A stretch of DNA of 64,000 nt from Tubulanus polymorphus (Eukaryota > Animalia > Nemertea). The DNA lies in the NCBI RefSeq assembly GCF_964204645.1, contig NC_134035.1:8650451-8714450 (forward strand). Direction: 5' to 3'. The notes beneath the pieces are model-generated. The model was given only the letters and a program-made list of their open reading frames with translations, ran no database searches and was not told the origin of the DNA. Of the stretch, positions 61,794-64,000 are shown one piece after another (positions within the stretch are counted from its first letter, which is position 1; each line of letters starts with the position of its first letter). The translations under genes and the position numbers were made by a program.

Positions 61794-64000
61794 GTAAGTT
61801 GAATCTTGACATGGTTTATTATTACTTCAAATTCGTTTACGCAACGTCAAGTGTCACTTGTAGCATGTGTTTTTTTGTTTGCAAGATTATGGCCCTTTCT
61901 ATATGTAGTTGATTTTCTTCTTTAATTTTCAAATCGGTCTATTTTACTGAATATCAAGTTTACTGTTAATTCTACCGGAGATTTTCGGTATGAAAATTAA
62001 TCTCGTTCGTCGAAATACTCGAAATTCTGTAATTATAAGTTAAAAAGTGAATCTTAAGTTGAACAATTACAAGTGAACTCGTTCTGAAGTACGGTCAACT
62101 TGGTAAACTAGATCTCTAATCAGTCAATCGGCAATAGTCGAAAATGAAAGTAAAATTTACAATCAAAACTTTCAATTTACTTTACTTCAAAAATCAATTG
62201 CTTAAATCGAAATGAAGGTTAAATCTAAATGACCAAGCGCTCAACAGGTTTTAATCATTATATCGAATTCATCAAAGAACTCCTATTATAAACCCGAATA
62301 ACATATCCGTTCTGATGGCTCTTTTAAAGTGATTTTCACTGCGCGTCAAAGCTTCTATTATCATTGTAATCATTATCATTAATTCCCGATCGGATGAATC
62401 TGCGAAAGTCGAATTTTACTCGCGTGAAATACGAAGATCGTAACGCGGGCTTTGTCCGCGACGCATATGTTGTCTTTGCGGAACAATAGCGGCGCGCTTT
62501 ATTGCGTGGAAATAGCTGCTCATAAGAATCACAGAGCCTTTCACCTTATGGGCCCGGCAAATAATACAACAAGCTGTTGCACATCTTTATTGACTTATAT
62601 CTTTTCGAGTTAATTCAATCATGTATATGAATTGTAGACATTCCCTGATTCGATTGATGGCCGCTGACACGGATTTACAAAATTCAAAGAACCTCCATAC
62701 GGCATAGGCCTGATACATTATACATTATATTAAAGGTTCATTCGAATCACAAAATTGCGAATCTATACACGATGAAACTGCGATCGTTTCTGACATTGAT
62801 TTCTTTGGGTAGAATTTGTCGGACCCCGATGTCAGGACTAACAATTAACTGTTAACTTCAACTATATTAAATGTTAAACAGTTGTGTTAAACGCGGGCCG
62901 TTTGGAATTGGATGTTGTTTTGATTTCAAATGCCAGCCGTCGTTTATAGTTTTATCTATTCATGTATGGTGTATAATGATTTTTGAAGTAATCAATGCGC
63001 GCAATGACAAGCGAAACAGCGGGTTGTCGTTATTGACATGGGGCTAATAAAGCGAATTATAGTCATCATCGTCTAATCACAGATGAAATATCATATATAC
63101 AGCTTCGTATGCGCACGTTTTAAAATGATTTAGTTCGTTTGAAGAGGCGTGCAATTTAACACTTATATAGAGTTTTTATTGAAATATTCAATACGTTTTA
63201 TATAAGCTCGAGACGCCTATGTAAATAAATCATCTCCACCATTTTCATCTAGAAAACTTCACCCAAAAATGACTGTGGCGAAACTTGAGTGATAAAAATA
63301 TTAAAAAAAACGATTAAAATGCATTTCTAGTGAGGTTTTTTAAACATTAATCACCAAACGCGTGTTATTCTGCCAGGTCATATACCAATATAGATTTTTC
63401 CCGAATGTTCCATCATATCATATTGAAAAAGGTACAGAAACTTTGCCGGCTACTTAGCGCAGAGCAAATTAACATCTCGTAATAACTATTTCCGAAACTG
63501 TGTCGCCTCGCCTTACGCCTGTCACTGTTTAAGTGGTTTACGCAGGGTATATTTGATCATTTGACTCGCGGTTGCGCGCATGCCATGCTTACAATCGTAG
63601 ATATCAAAGTGCCACTCGGGATTCCCTATGATGACATCGCACCTGCGTATAACTATACATTGACACTCCACTTTGCAGATGGTTGTCATCTATATCTTCT
63701 CCGTGTATCGCCGTTTTAACGCGTATTATCAGCGTGTTCAGTTATCTCTTCGCTTTTTTTTCAGCTTCGGGATCATTTCAAAACAACACGAGCTCCAGCG
63801 CATTCGTCAGCTACTCGTCGCCGATGAACTGTCTCGCGCAATCGCAACAATCACTTCCGTCACACCATCAACATCATCATCATCATCATAAATTCTGTAA
63901 TCTAACGTCTGCCGGTATGAACTGTACGTCGTGCGGACCGCGACCGCTCTACGACAATCCGTGTATTCACCCGGCTATGATGAGACACCCGTTCTTCCCA

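Overview
Eukaryotic, intron-containing DNA from a bilaterian invertebrate, probably a lophotrochozoan (inferred from gene content; the species cannot be determined). The first ~26 kb is gene-dense. It holds the 3' end of a DEG/ENaC (ASIC-like) channel, an intronless LicD-family gene, a secreted PAN + LamG/pentraxin-like gene, a decaying PAN/C-type-lectin gene, a complete 6-coding-exon 2'-5' oligoadenylate synthetase (OAS, 318 aa) and a secreted PLAT/LH2-domain gene. From ~27 to 61 kb I find no credible coding gene, only CpG-rich non-coding blocks, MITEs, LINE 3' ends and a tRNA-derived element. This desert ends at the promoter and first exon of the homeobox gene Dbx. The two most notable observations are (1) an OAS promoter with TATA, kB-like, triple IRF/ISRE and CRE half-sites in the same order as the vertebrate IFN-beta enhanceosome, and (2) several families of palindromic, Penelope-type elements carrying minimal hammerhead-ribozyme motifs, including a compensatory U3-A8 core variant and a three-level nested insertion. 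All gene models were spliced and translated by hand; no database searches were run.
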